DNA of 64,000 bases from the NCBI GenBank assembly GCA_965213925.1, contig OZ243927.1, positions 3,170,146 through 3,234,145 on the forward strand, given 5' to 3'. A model generated the notes under the pieces. The model was given only the letters and a program-made list of their open reading frames with translations. It did no database searches and was not told where the DNA came from. The stretch is from Trueperaceae bacterium. GTDB lineage: Bacteria; Deinococcota; Deinococci; Deinococcales; Trueperaceae. The translations under genes were made by a program, and so were the position numbers. Each line of letters opens with the position of its first letter. Position 1 is the first letter of the stretch. Positions 37,785 through 46,227 of the stretch are shown here, in pieces.

Positions 37785-38687
37785 ATGACGAAAGGACATC
37801 TTTGGGTTTCTATCCTGGCGGCGCTCATGCTCTCGGCGTGCAGCAGCGTGACTGAGCCTGAGATTGAGACGACGCAGACCAGCACCAACCAAATCGCCGC
37901 ACACCGGGGCGACTTAGAGGCGCGGCCCTCAGGCTGGATCAAAACCGAGTGGGACAACAGCGTCCAGGCTATCAGCAGCGCCCGCAACAAGAGCGTCAGC
38001 CTCACCGAGGTGGACCTGCAGCTCAACCGCTCCGCGAGCGCGCTCGCGCAAAACCCCGACGGCATCCTCTATCTCCACCACGAGAGCACCTGCGACGTGA
38101 TCGACCAAAACGGTCGGCCCACTGGCGAAAGGCACAACGTCGCGACCGCCTCCCTCGCGCAGGTAGACAGGTGTGCGGAGCGCCTCAGCAACGTTCTCAA
38201 TACCTACGCGGGCAGCACATTTATCCTCGAGATGAAGTTCAACGCACGCTACGCCAGCCAGATACCTAAAGCGCTCTACAACTTGCTTAGGGCGCGAGGC
38301 GAGCGCACCGTACACGTGGTGTCGTCGCTCGAGCCCGACTTGCTCGAAGACCTCAAGGCGTTCGCGGATGCCGACCGCGTCAGCATGAGCCTGCTGCGCG
38401 TCTTCGGCTGGCGTCCCTTTCAGTGGAAGTGGGTCTCGCAGGGCAATATCCGCGACGCGCAGAATAAGGGCTTCAACTGGGTTGCGTTCCACTACGAAAA
38501 CGTCAGCGAGGCGAATATCGACTACGCCCAAAATCTGGGCCTCACCGTCGGCGGTTGGCACTGGGATGACCCGCCTACGGGCTCAGCCGTAACCTGCAGC
38601 CAGGCCGCGCCTTGGGCCGACCGCAACACCTTGGGCTTCATGATCATCGACTGCATCGGTGACCTCAAAGCTCGAGGCTGGCGCTGA
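37785..38687 (+). CDS. GDPD-like phosphodiesterase family lipoprotein
   Basis: Lipobox LMLSAC, then IAAHRG..EVDLQL..LYLHHE. The start is taken at ATG 37785, preceded by GGGAGGA. Confidence 0.6.
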   Translation: MTKGHLWVSILAALMLSACSSVTEPEIETTQTSTNQIAAHRGDLEARPSGWIKTEWDNSVQAISSARNKSVSLTEVDLQLNRSASALAQNPDGILYLHHESTCDVIDQNGRPTGERHNVATASLAQVDRCAERLSNVLNTYAGSTFILEMKFNARYASQIPKALYNLLRARGERTVHVVSSLEPDLLEDLKAFADADRVSMSLLRVFGWRPFQWKWVSQGNIRDAQNKGFNWVAFHYENVSEANIDYAQNLGLTVGGWHWDDPPTGSAVTCSQAAPWADRNTLGFMIIDCIGDLKARGWR

Positions 38688-38756
38688 CCGAAAACTGATG
38701 CAGGGATGAAACACAGCCGTTACGCTGCTCGCCCCCTTACTTCATGGAGGTTCACG

Positions 38757-39758
38757 ATGCGCATATTCGTTCTTTTCACCTTAGCGCTGTTCACGCTCTC
38801 TACCGCCTTCGCCCAAGACGACCTTGTCGTCCCCTACAACGCCCCTGAGCAGTGGGCGAACTGGGGCGAGGTCTTAGAAACCTTCACTCAAGAGACCGGC
38901 ATCGAAGCGCCGACTGACCCCAAAAACAGCGGGCAAACCCTAGCCGCCCTGCAAGCCGAAGCTGCTAATCCCCAAGCCGACACCGCTTACTATGGCATCG
39001 TTTTCGGCATCCAAGCCGCTGAGGAGGGTGTGGTGGCGGCGTATCAGCCCGAGGGTTTCGCGGACATCCCCGAGGCGCTTAAAGACCCCGAGGGTCGCTG
39101 GTTCACGGTGCATCAGGGCGCGATTGCGTTTCTGGTCAACACCGAAGAGTTGGACGGCGCGCCCGTGCCGCAGTGCTGGGAAGACCTAACCGACCCGCAG
39201 TACGAAGGCTTAGTGGGCTTTCTCGACCCGACCCAAGCGGCGGTCGGCTACTCGGTGGTGACGGCGGCAAACTTGGCGCTGGGCGGTTCCTTAGAGGACT
39301 TCTCGCCTGCGGTCGAGTACTTCAGTCAACTCTTCGGTAACGGGCTCATCTTGCCCGCGCAGACCGCCACGGCGATGGTGCAGCAGGGCGAGATTCCTAT
39401 TCTCATCGACGCGGACTTTAACGGTTACCAGCTCGCCAACGACGAGGGCACACCTATAGAGGTCGTCATCCCCTGCGAGGGTTCTTTGGCGATTCCCTAC
39501 GTGATGTCGCTTGTAGAGGACGCGCCGCGCGCGGAGAACGGCCAAGCCCTCTTGGACTTCGCGCTCTCCGACGAAGGTCAGCAGCTCTTCGCGGCGAGCT
39601 ATCTGCGCCCGGTCCGCAACGTCGAGGTGGACCCCAGCATCGCCGAGCAGATGCTGCCGAGCGCGGAGTACGAGCGCGTCGCCATGCCCGACTTCGCAGC
39701 CATGCAAGCCGCGCAAACGAGCTTCACCGAGCGCTGGCAGGGTGAAGTGACGCGCTGA
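38757..39758 (+). CDS. ABC transporter substrate-binding protein (PotD/Fe3+-type family)
   Basis: Signal peptide MRIFVLFTLALFTLSTAFAQ. The start is at ATG 38757, preceded by GGAGG. Confidence 0.85.
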   Translation: MRIFVLFTLALFTLSTAFAQDDLVVPYNAPEQWANWGEVLETFTQETGIEAPTDPKNSGQTLAALQAEAANPQADTAYYGIVFGIQAAEEGVVAAYQPEGFADIPEALKDPEGRWFTVHQGAIAFLVNTEELDGAPVPQCWEDLTDPQYEGLVGFLDPTQAAVGYSVVTAANLALGGSLEDFSPAVEYFSQLFGNGLILPAQTATAMVQQGEIPILIDADFNGYQLANDEGTPIEVVIPCEGSLAIPYVMSLVEDAPRAENGQALLDFALSDEGQQLFAASYLRPVRNVEVDPSIAEQMLPSAEYERVAMPDFAAMQAAQTSFTERWQGEVTR

Positions 39759-39759
39759 G

Positions 39760-40575
39760 GTGAGGCGTTTTGCTCAAGGGGCGGCTTCGGTCGCTCCCCT
39801 GCTCATTATCTTGGGAGCGTTCCTACTCTACCCGCTTCTGGTCATCGCACTGCACAGTCTCTCGGGAGACGAAGCAACCTTCTCGTTCGCCCTCTACGCG
39901 GACACCCTAACCAACCCGCGCTACTTCCGCGCGTTCGGCTTCACGGCGCTCTTAGCAGTCGCCTCGACGGCGCTAGCGCTTATCGTGTGCGTGCCTGCCG
40001 CTATCTACATCGAAGGGGAGCAGAGCCGGGCGCGGCGCGTGGCAGCGGTGCTCCTCACTGTGCCGCTCAGCTTGCCGGGCATCGTCATCGGCTTCTTTGT
40101 GATTTTAGGCTTCGGACGAACAGGCGTGGTGACGGACGCACTAGAAGCGGTAACGCCCCTACGCAATCCGCAGCTCGCCTACACCTTCTGGGGGCTGCTC
40201 CTCGGTTACGTGTACTTCCAAATTCCTCGAGTGATCCTGGTTATACGCGGCGCAGTATCAGGCATCTCCAACGACGTCGTGAACGTGGCCCGGACGCTCG
40301 GCGCGTCGCCGTGGCGGGTTTACATGGAGGTCGTATCACCTGCCCTGCGCCCGGCCCTGGTCAGCGCCTCGAGTCTCAGCCTTGCCACGGCCTTCGGCGC
40401 GTTCGGCACGGCGGCGACGCTCTCGAGGGGTACCCGCGTCGTCCCCATAGAAATCGCCGCGCTCTTCACCGAGCGCTTCGAACCCGCACGGGCGGCGGCG
40501 CTCTCCATCGTTCTAGGCGTTATCACCGTAACGCTGCTCCTCGGGGTGGCTCGGCTGGGCGGGCGAGACGGATGA
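39760..40575 (+). CDS. ABC transporter permease (PotB/CysT-like)
   Basis: 271 aa, 6 TM segments, motif NVARTLGASPWRVYMEVVSP. Confidence 0.85.
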   Translation: MRRFAQGAASVAPLLIILGAFLLYPLLVIALHSLSGDEATFSFALYADTLTNPRYFRAFGFTALLAVASTALALIVCVPAAIYIEGEQSRARRVAAVLLTVPLSLPGIVIGFFVILGFGRTGVVTDALEAVTPLRNPQLAYTFWGLLLGYVYFQIPRVILVIRGAVSGISNDVVNVARTLGASPWRVYMEVVSPALRPALVSASSLSLATAFGAFGTAATLSRGTRVVPIEIAALFTERFEPARAAALSIVLGVITVTLLLGVARLGGRDG

Positions 40576-41402
40576 GCGCACAAACGCTGAGCCAGCCTCA
40601 AAAGCGGCGGGTGCGGGCAGGAACGCGCGACCCCTTGCAGCGCATCGGGCGGGTGCTCGCCTGGTTCACCGTGGCAGTCTGCGCCGCGCCGCTGCCCTTG
40701 CTACTTGCCGTGGCGACGACCGCGCAGTGGCGCAGCGGCTTCTGGGCGGAGGGCTTCACCTTGCAGTGGCTCATCTCCGGCTGGATGCGCATCGCCCCGC
40801 ACGCGCTCTACAGCTTGCAACTCGCGCTCACCGTTCTACTACTCAATATCCTCATCGGTTTGCCTGCAGCCTGGGCATTGGCGCGGTTACGCTTTCCGGG
40901 TCGCGCGGCGCTCCTCGCGCTCGCCAACTTGCCCCTCGCCATCCCTGGCATTGCGGTGGCTCTAGGGCTCATCCTGGCTTACCCGTACTTGCGCGGAGAT
41001 GGATTCTTGCTCACCGCCGGTCATGTGCTCTACACACTACCCTTCTTCTTGGGCACGCTCACGCCGGTATTAGGCGGCGCGGCGCTTAGAGAGCGCGAGG
41101 CGGTTGCAAAGACGCTTGGAGCAGGCGCGGTACGCCGCTTCGTCTTCATCACCTTGCCGAGCGTCCGCCGGGCGCTCTTGGCGGCGGCGATCATGGTTGT
41201 AACACTGTCTATGGGAGAATTCAACGTGTCGTTTTTCCTTTTCACGCCGACCGCAAAAACGCTGCCCGTCGAACTCTACGACGCCTACATCACGGGGCGC
41301 TTGGAGGCCGCGGCGGGAATGACGGTCTGGTTCTTGCTCTTCGTCGTGCCTGCGACGCTCGTCTTGGAGCGCTTCGGTGGCGGCAAGGTTGGGCAGGCGT
41401 GA
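40572..41402 (+). CDS. ABC transporter permease (PotC/CysW-like)
   Basis: This is the real part of the long ORF 39987..41402. It starts at ATG 40572 (MSAQTLSQ..) and carries motif AVAKTLGAGAVRRFVFITLP. Confidence 0.85.
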   Translation: MSAQTLSQPQKRRVRAGTRDPLQRIGRVLAWFTVAVCAAPLPLLLAVATTAQWRSGFWAEGFTLQWLISGWMRIAPHALYSLQLALTVLLLNILIGLPAAWALARLRFPGRAALLALANLPLAIPGIAVALGLILAYPYLRGDGFLLTAGHVLYTLPFFLGTLTPVLGGAALREREAVAKTLGAGAVRRFVFITLPSVRRALLAAAIMVVTLSMGEFNVSFFLFTPTAKTLPVELYDAYITGRLEAAAGMTVWFLLFVVPATLVLERFGGGKVGQA

Positions 41403-42442
41403 GGGCGGATCGGCGTCAGGCGGCGTCACTTACGTTTGAGCACGTGACGTTTAGCTACGGCGTCACCCTAGCGGTGGACGACGTGAACCTAGACGTGCGT
41501 CCGGGCGAACTCATCACGCTAGTCGGACCCTCAGGCTGCGGCAAGTCCACCTTGCTCAAGCTCATCTCTGGACTTCTCAACCCGAACGCAGGGCGGCTCT
41601 TGATGGATGGTGTGGATGTCCAGCACCTCCCACCGGAGAAGCGGCAAATGGGCTGGATGCCGCAGAGCTACGCGCTCTTCGAGCACCTGAACGTTGCGCA
41701 GAACGTCGCGTTTGGACTCAGGATGCAAGGTGTGTCCAGACAGGAGCAAAAGCAGAGAGTTGAAGAGGTGTTGGGGCTATGCCATATTAGCGACCTGGCA
41801 GATCGGCCCGTCACCGCCCTCTCCGGCGGACAGCAGCAGCGCGTGGCGGTGGCGAGGGCGCTGGCGGTGCGTCCGCGCGTCCTGCTCCTCGACGAACCGC
41901 TCGCCGCGCTGGACCCGCAACTGCGCTTAGAACTTCGCTCGGGCTTGGAGAGGCTCTTGCGCGAGAGCGGCGTCACCACGCTTTTCGTCACGCATGACCA
42001 GGGCGAGGCGCTAGCGCTCGCGGACCGGGTGGCGCTGCTGCGTGGGGGGCGGCTCGAGCAGTTCGGCTCGCCCGAAACCCTCTGGCAAGCGCCCGCGAGC
42101 GCCTTCGTCGCCTCCTTCATCGGCAACGCCACCGTGCTGCCGACCAAGCGCGTGTCGGCGCAGGAGTTGGAGGTTTTGCCGCAACTCTGCGTCCATCATT
42201 GCGGCGCGGACGCGCCCGAGGTCGCCCTGCGCCCCGGCGACGTCGTCCCGGCTGACAGCGGCGTGCCCCTCGTGGTCGTCGCAGTGGAATACGCAGGCGG
42301 ACAGTATCAGGTGACGGGCAAGCACAGCAGCGGCGCGCCGCTGCTGTTTTTTAGCGATACCCGCCTCGAGCTGGAGGAGCCCGTCTGGGTGCGGCTGCGC
42401 GACGACCACGCGCCCTCTATCATCGGAGGGTCGCGTGGCTGA
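41399..42442 (+). CDS. ABC transporter ATP-binding protein (PotA/FbpC-like, with C-terminal TOBE-like domain)
   Basis: Walker A GPSGCGKST, signature LSGGQQQRVAVARAL and Walker B LLLDEPL. Confidence 0.9.
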   Translation: MRADRRQAASLTFEHVTFSYGVTLAVDDVNLDVRPGELITLVGPSGCGKSTLLKLISGLLNPNAGRLLMDGVDVQHLPPEKRQMGWMPQSYALFEHLNVAQNVAFGLRMQGVSRQEQKQRVEEVLGLCHISDLADRPVTALSGGQQQRVAVARALAVRPRVLLLDEPLAALDPQLRLELRSGLERLLRESGVTTLFVTHDQGEALALADRVALLRGGRLEQFGSPETLWQAPASAFVASFIGNATVLPTKRVSAQELEVLPQLCVHHCGADAPEVALRPGDVVPADSGVPLVVVAVEYAGGQYQVTGKHSSGAPLLFFSDTRLELEEPVWVRLRDDHAPSIIGGSRG

Positions 42443-43226
42443 GCTGCTCGTTATCGGCTGTCGCGCCGGGTCACCGGGTGCGGAGGGCCCCGCATCGGGG
42501 TACGTCCTCTTTGCAGGCGAGAAAACGCTCCTTATCGACTGTGGTCCGGGGGTGGTGGCGAGCTTAGCGGCGCGGGGGCTGATTGAGCAGCTAGACGCCG
42601 CCATCGTCACTCACGCCCACGCCGACCACTGCGCCGACCTCGTCGCGCTCGCGTACCACCGGCTCTTCCCGGTGCGCATGGAGCCCTTGCCGCTCTACGG
42701 ACCTGCCGCGTTGCGGGCGACCCTCACCGCCTTAGACCAGGTTTTCGGCATTCCGACGCTGCCCGACCTGAACGCACCTCTCGCCGCCGCGCTGCCCTTT
42801 ACCGCGCTGAGCGCAAACGCTGCGGAGCACGTTGAAGGGTTCAGGCTCGAGACCCACAGAACCGTTCATCCCGTCGAGACGCTCGCGCTGCGTTTTCCGG
42901 CGTTCGGCTTGACCTATACCTCGGACGGGGCGCTGACGGACGGGCTCGTGGAGTTTGTACAGGGCACGTCAACCCTCCTCGCCGAAGCGACCTACCTCTC
43001 GGACGACGTTTCGGATGGTGGTGCAGACCTTGGTGCGCACGGACATATGACCGCAGCGCAAGCGGGCACTCTAGCGCAGCGCTCGGGCGCACAGACGCTG
43101 ATTCTCACGCACCTCACTGATTTCGCGCAGGCGCGTGCCTACCGTGAAGAGGCGCTGAAGCGCTTTGAGAACGTACAGGTTGTAAAGCCAGGACTTCGGC
43201 GGGAAGTGGGGTTTGAACTCATATGA
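42435..43226 (+). CDS. MBL-fold metallo-hydrolase (RNase Z / PhnP-like phosphodiesterase fold)
   Basis: THAHADHCADL (HxHxDH motif). 263 aa. Overlaps the ATPase stop codon. Confidence 0.8.
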   Translation: MAELLVIGCRAGSPGAEGPASGYVLFAGEKTLLIDCGPGVVASLAARGLIEQLDAAIVTHAHADHCADLVALAYHRLFPVRMEPLPLYGPAALRATLTALDQVFGIPTLPDLNAPLAAALPFTALSANAAEHVEGFRLETHRTVHPVETLALRFPAFGLTYTSDGALTDGLVEFVQGTSTLLAEATYLSDDVSDGGADLGAHGHMTAAQAGTLAQRSGAQTLILTHLTDFAQARAYREEALKRFENVQVVKPGLRREVGFELI

Positions 43227-43229
43227 ACT

Positions 43230-44112
43230 AACCCCAATTCGGAAAAGGGAAATTCAAAGCTCAAATGCCCCTAAACGGCTGAGTTGGTAAGCGAGCAAGG
43301 TGGTGTAAACGTGCAGGATGCAGCCCACCGTCGAGCGGTAGGGTCTGTCAGAGAGTCCAAGTCTATCCAAGGACGAGAAGACCGACTCAACGATGCGGTG
43401 TCCTTGGTAAAGCCTCTGCTCACGCTTGGGCGGGGGTAGCTGGTTGCTGCGGCGCGGGGTTATAAGGTCAACCGCTTGGGAGGCAACGTCGGCTTTAAGC
43501 TCGGAGCTGATATAGCCTTTATCGGCGGTTACAATGGCGTAAGTGAGTTTGTCTAGTAGGCGAGGCGCGACCTTAACATCATGTTCGTTCGCGCCTCGCA
43601 GCAGTACCTCACAGAGTCTGCCTGTATCGTCCACACGCGCATGAAGCCGAAAGCCATAGAAGGTGGTGTTATGGACGTGGTCACGCCCATAACTGCCCGC
43701 AAGCTTGGTCCTTTTAGCACGGGCAAAATCTACTACTTCTAGTTTCTTCGAGTCGAGGTGCTGTTTCGTCGTGTTATGCCCGGTGCAAAGCTGTTTAACC
43801 GCGAGAATAATCTGTCCTATCAGGAGGCGCTTACGCTCACAAAACGTTGAGGGTACAGGTACGTCCACGCCGAACGATGCAGCAACTTCAAGCATCTTCC
43901 GGCTATAGCGAAAACTCGACAGCTTCTGATAGACCGCTAAGGCGATGATGAACGAGTCTGGAAAAACAGGAGCACGTCCTTGAGGGGCTTTTCTACGCTT
44001 CTTGAGGGGTAAACGTTCGACGGCTTGTATAATCTCTTCGAGGGTTGGGATTTTGCGCATACATCATTGCAACCCTCACTTCTCCCGCTGTCAAATCTTT
44101 TCCGAATTGGCG
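43230..44112 (-). mobile_element. IS982-family element, apparently intact
   Basis: Transposase ORF 43254..44060 (268 aa, uninterrupted). Inverted repeats share the core CCAATTCGGAAAAG (43234..43247 and 44097..44110). The flanking direct repeat is TGAACT (or AACT) at 43224..43229 and 44113..44118. Confidence 0.85.
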
Positions 44113-44155
44113 TGAACTTGTGAATCTACGGGTTTTCGTAATCCGGTGTTAGAAA

Positions 44156-44266
44156 TAGCACTTCCAAGATATACTGAGACAAATGAGCGCAGATATCATC
44201 TCTGAATGTGCGTGCTAGACGGGCCTTGCTTCACTGAGCGTGTCTCAAACCAGATGATACCTGCTA
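44156..44266 (+). repeat. MITE-like element R1, copy C (111 bp)
   Basis: Flanked by the 3-bp direct repeat AAA. Lies 40 bp from the IS982 end and 133 nt upstream of the next CDS. Confidence 0.85.
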
Positions 44267-44398
44267 AAACTACTCGAGACGGCGTGGACATTTCGAGCCA
44301 GCCTCCCGTCTCATTAGGGAAGACGGTAGGTCTTTAGCGAGTCTTCCCTGACAAAACACTGACGCCGGTCCCTAAAACTGAGCGCGGAGGTCTCACCC

Positions 44399-45973
44399 AT
44401 GTATAAGCGAATCCTTCTTTTGCTTTTCACCTCTCTTCTCTTCTACACCTTCGCCCAAACCCCCGAACCGAGCGGCGCACTGCGCCTAGAACGCCTCGCC
44501 ACCTACACCACAGGCGCGTTCGACGAGGGCGCAGCGGAGATCGTCGCGTTCGACTCCAGCTCGCAGCGGCTCTTCATCGTCAACTCGAACGCAGTCACAC
44601 TGGATATTTTGGATATCAGTGACCCCGCGAACCCTGCACCGAGAGAGCCCCTCGACATGACGCAGTACGGCGCGGCGGCGAACAGCGTGGACGTGTTTGA
44701 AGGTACGGTGGCTGTTGCCATTGAAAACGAGACCGTCACCGAACCCGGCACGGTCGTCTTCCTTACTCCAGAGGGTGCACTTATTAGCCAAGTCACGGTG
44801 GGTGCACTGCCCGACATGCTCACCTTTACGCCAGACGGAAGCAAGGTCGTCGTGGCGAACGAAGGCGAGCCCTCAGACGACTACAGCACCGATCCTGAAG
44901 GCTCGGTCAGCATCATCGATATGTCTGGCGGTACCGAGAACTTGACGCAGGAAGACGTGACCGAGGTCGGTTTCTCGAGCTTTAACGATGCCGAACTCGA
45001 CGAGGGCGTCCGCATCTTCGGTCCTGACGCGAGCGTGGCGCAGGATTTGGAGCCCGAGTATGTCGCGGTTGCGCCCGACTCCGCTTCGGCCTGGGTCGCG
45101 CTGCAGGAGAACAACGCCTTAGCGCAAATTGATTTGGCTGCGGGCGAAGTGACCGACCTTATCGGCTTGGGCTTCAAAGACCACAGCGCAGAGGAGAACG
45201 CCTTCGACCCTTCTGACGAAGACGGCGGCATCAACATCGGCACGCACCCCGTCTTCGGCATGTACCAACCCGACGCGATTGCTACCTTTGAGGTGAACGG
45301 TGAAACGTACATCGTCACCGCCAACGAGGGCGACGGGCGCGATTACGACGGCTTCAGCGAGGAGGCGCGACTCGGTGACGACGAATACACGCTCGCCGAA
45401 GACGCCTTTCCGAACGCTGCCGAACTCAAAGAAGCACTAGGACGCTTGACCGTCACGACGGCGACGGGGGACACGGACGGTGACGGTGAATTCGAAGAGA
45501 TTTACGCCTTCGGCGGGCGCTCGTTCTCCATCTGGAACGCCTCGGGGGAGCTTATCTTCGACAGCGGCGACGCCTTGGAGCGCATCACCGCCGAGGCGTA
45601 TCCCGACTACTTCAACGCGAACAACGACGAGAATGGCGCGGAGACCTTCGAGAGCAGGAGCGATAACAAAGGACCGGAGCCCGAAGGGATTGTGACCGGA
45701 GAGGTCGGCGGCAGCGTCTACGCCTTCATCGGCTTAGAACGCATCGGCGGCGTAGTCACCTATGATGTGAGCGATCCCGAGAACCCGCAGTTCGTGGACT
45801 ATACGAACCACCGCGACTTCAGCGCCGACATCGAGTCGGAAGAGGCGGGCGACTTAGGACCGGAAGGACTCCTCTTTATCTCCGCCGAGGAGAGCCCGAA
45901 CGGGACGCCACTCATCGTTGTCGGCAACGAGGTGAGCGGGTCAACGAGTATCTATGCGGTAGAGCAGGAGTAG
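44399..45973 (+). CDS. choice-of-anchor I family beta-propeller protein (often annotated as atypical alkaline phosphatase)
   Basis: Signal peptide, then ..GAAEIVAFDSSSQRLFIVNS..VGALPDMLTFTPDGSKVVVANEGEP..DPEGSVSIIDM..PDAIATF..IVTANEGD. Confidence 0.7.
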   Translation: MYKRILLLLFTSLLFYTFAQTPEPSGALRLERLATYTTGAFDEGAAEIVAFDSSSQRLFIVNSNAVTLDILDISDPANPAPREPLDMTQYGAAANSVDVFEGTVAVAIENETVTEPGTVVFLTPEGALISQVTVGALPDMLTFTPDGSKVVVANEGEPSDDYSTDPEGSVSIIDMSGGTENLTQEDVTEVGFSSFNDAELDEGVRIFGPDASVAQDLEPEYVAVAPDSASAWVALQENNALAQIDLAAGEVTDLIGLGFKDHSAEENAFDPSDEDGGINIGTHPVFGMYQPDAIATFEVNGETYIVTANEGDGRDYDGFSEEARLGDDEYTLAEDAFPNAAELKEALGRLTVTTATGDTDGDGEFEEIYAFGGRSFSIWNASGELIFDSGDALERITAEAYPDYFNANNDENGAETFESRSDNKGPEPEGIVTGEVGGSVYAFIGLERIGGVVTYDVSDPENPQFVDYTNHRDFSADIESEEAGDLGPEGLLFISAEESPNGTPLIVVGNEVSGSTSIYAVEQE

Positions 45974-46099
45974 GGGTGGGGCAGGTAAGCGGGGGCTCAC
46001 CTCGACATGCTTGCTGAGTAACGATAGTCAAAGCTGAAGGTGCGTGCCTGGCTCGGTGAGCAGTCACGTCGCCAGGGTGCTACCGAATTTCGTGCTGGT

Positions 46100-46133
46100 C
46101 TTCTGCGGCTAACGCGCGCGTCTCTTGCAGAAG
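46100..46133 (+). repeat. GC-core hairpin R4, copy f
   Basis: CTTCTGC ggctAACGCGCGCGTCTctt GCAGAAG. Lies between convergent genes. Confidence 0.7.
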
Positions 46134-46227
46134 CATAGCCGACTAAACCCGAAGGCTATCCCCTCAGAATTTTCCACCCCCTTATTCAGGTTGTGCCCTC
46201 AAACTGGGATAATGCACCTTCATATCT

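Noticed and set aside
39987-41402. 471-aa ORF spanning two ABC permease genes.
   Set aside because: Its first approximately 195 codons are an Arg/Gly/Pro-rich out-of-frame overlap of the permease at 39760..40575. Only the part from ATG 40572 looks like a permease (TM segments and EAA loop).
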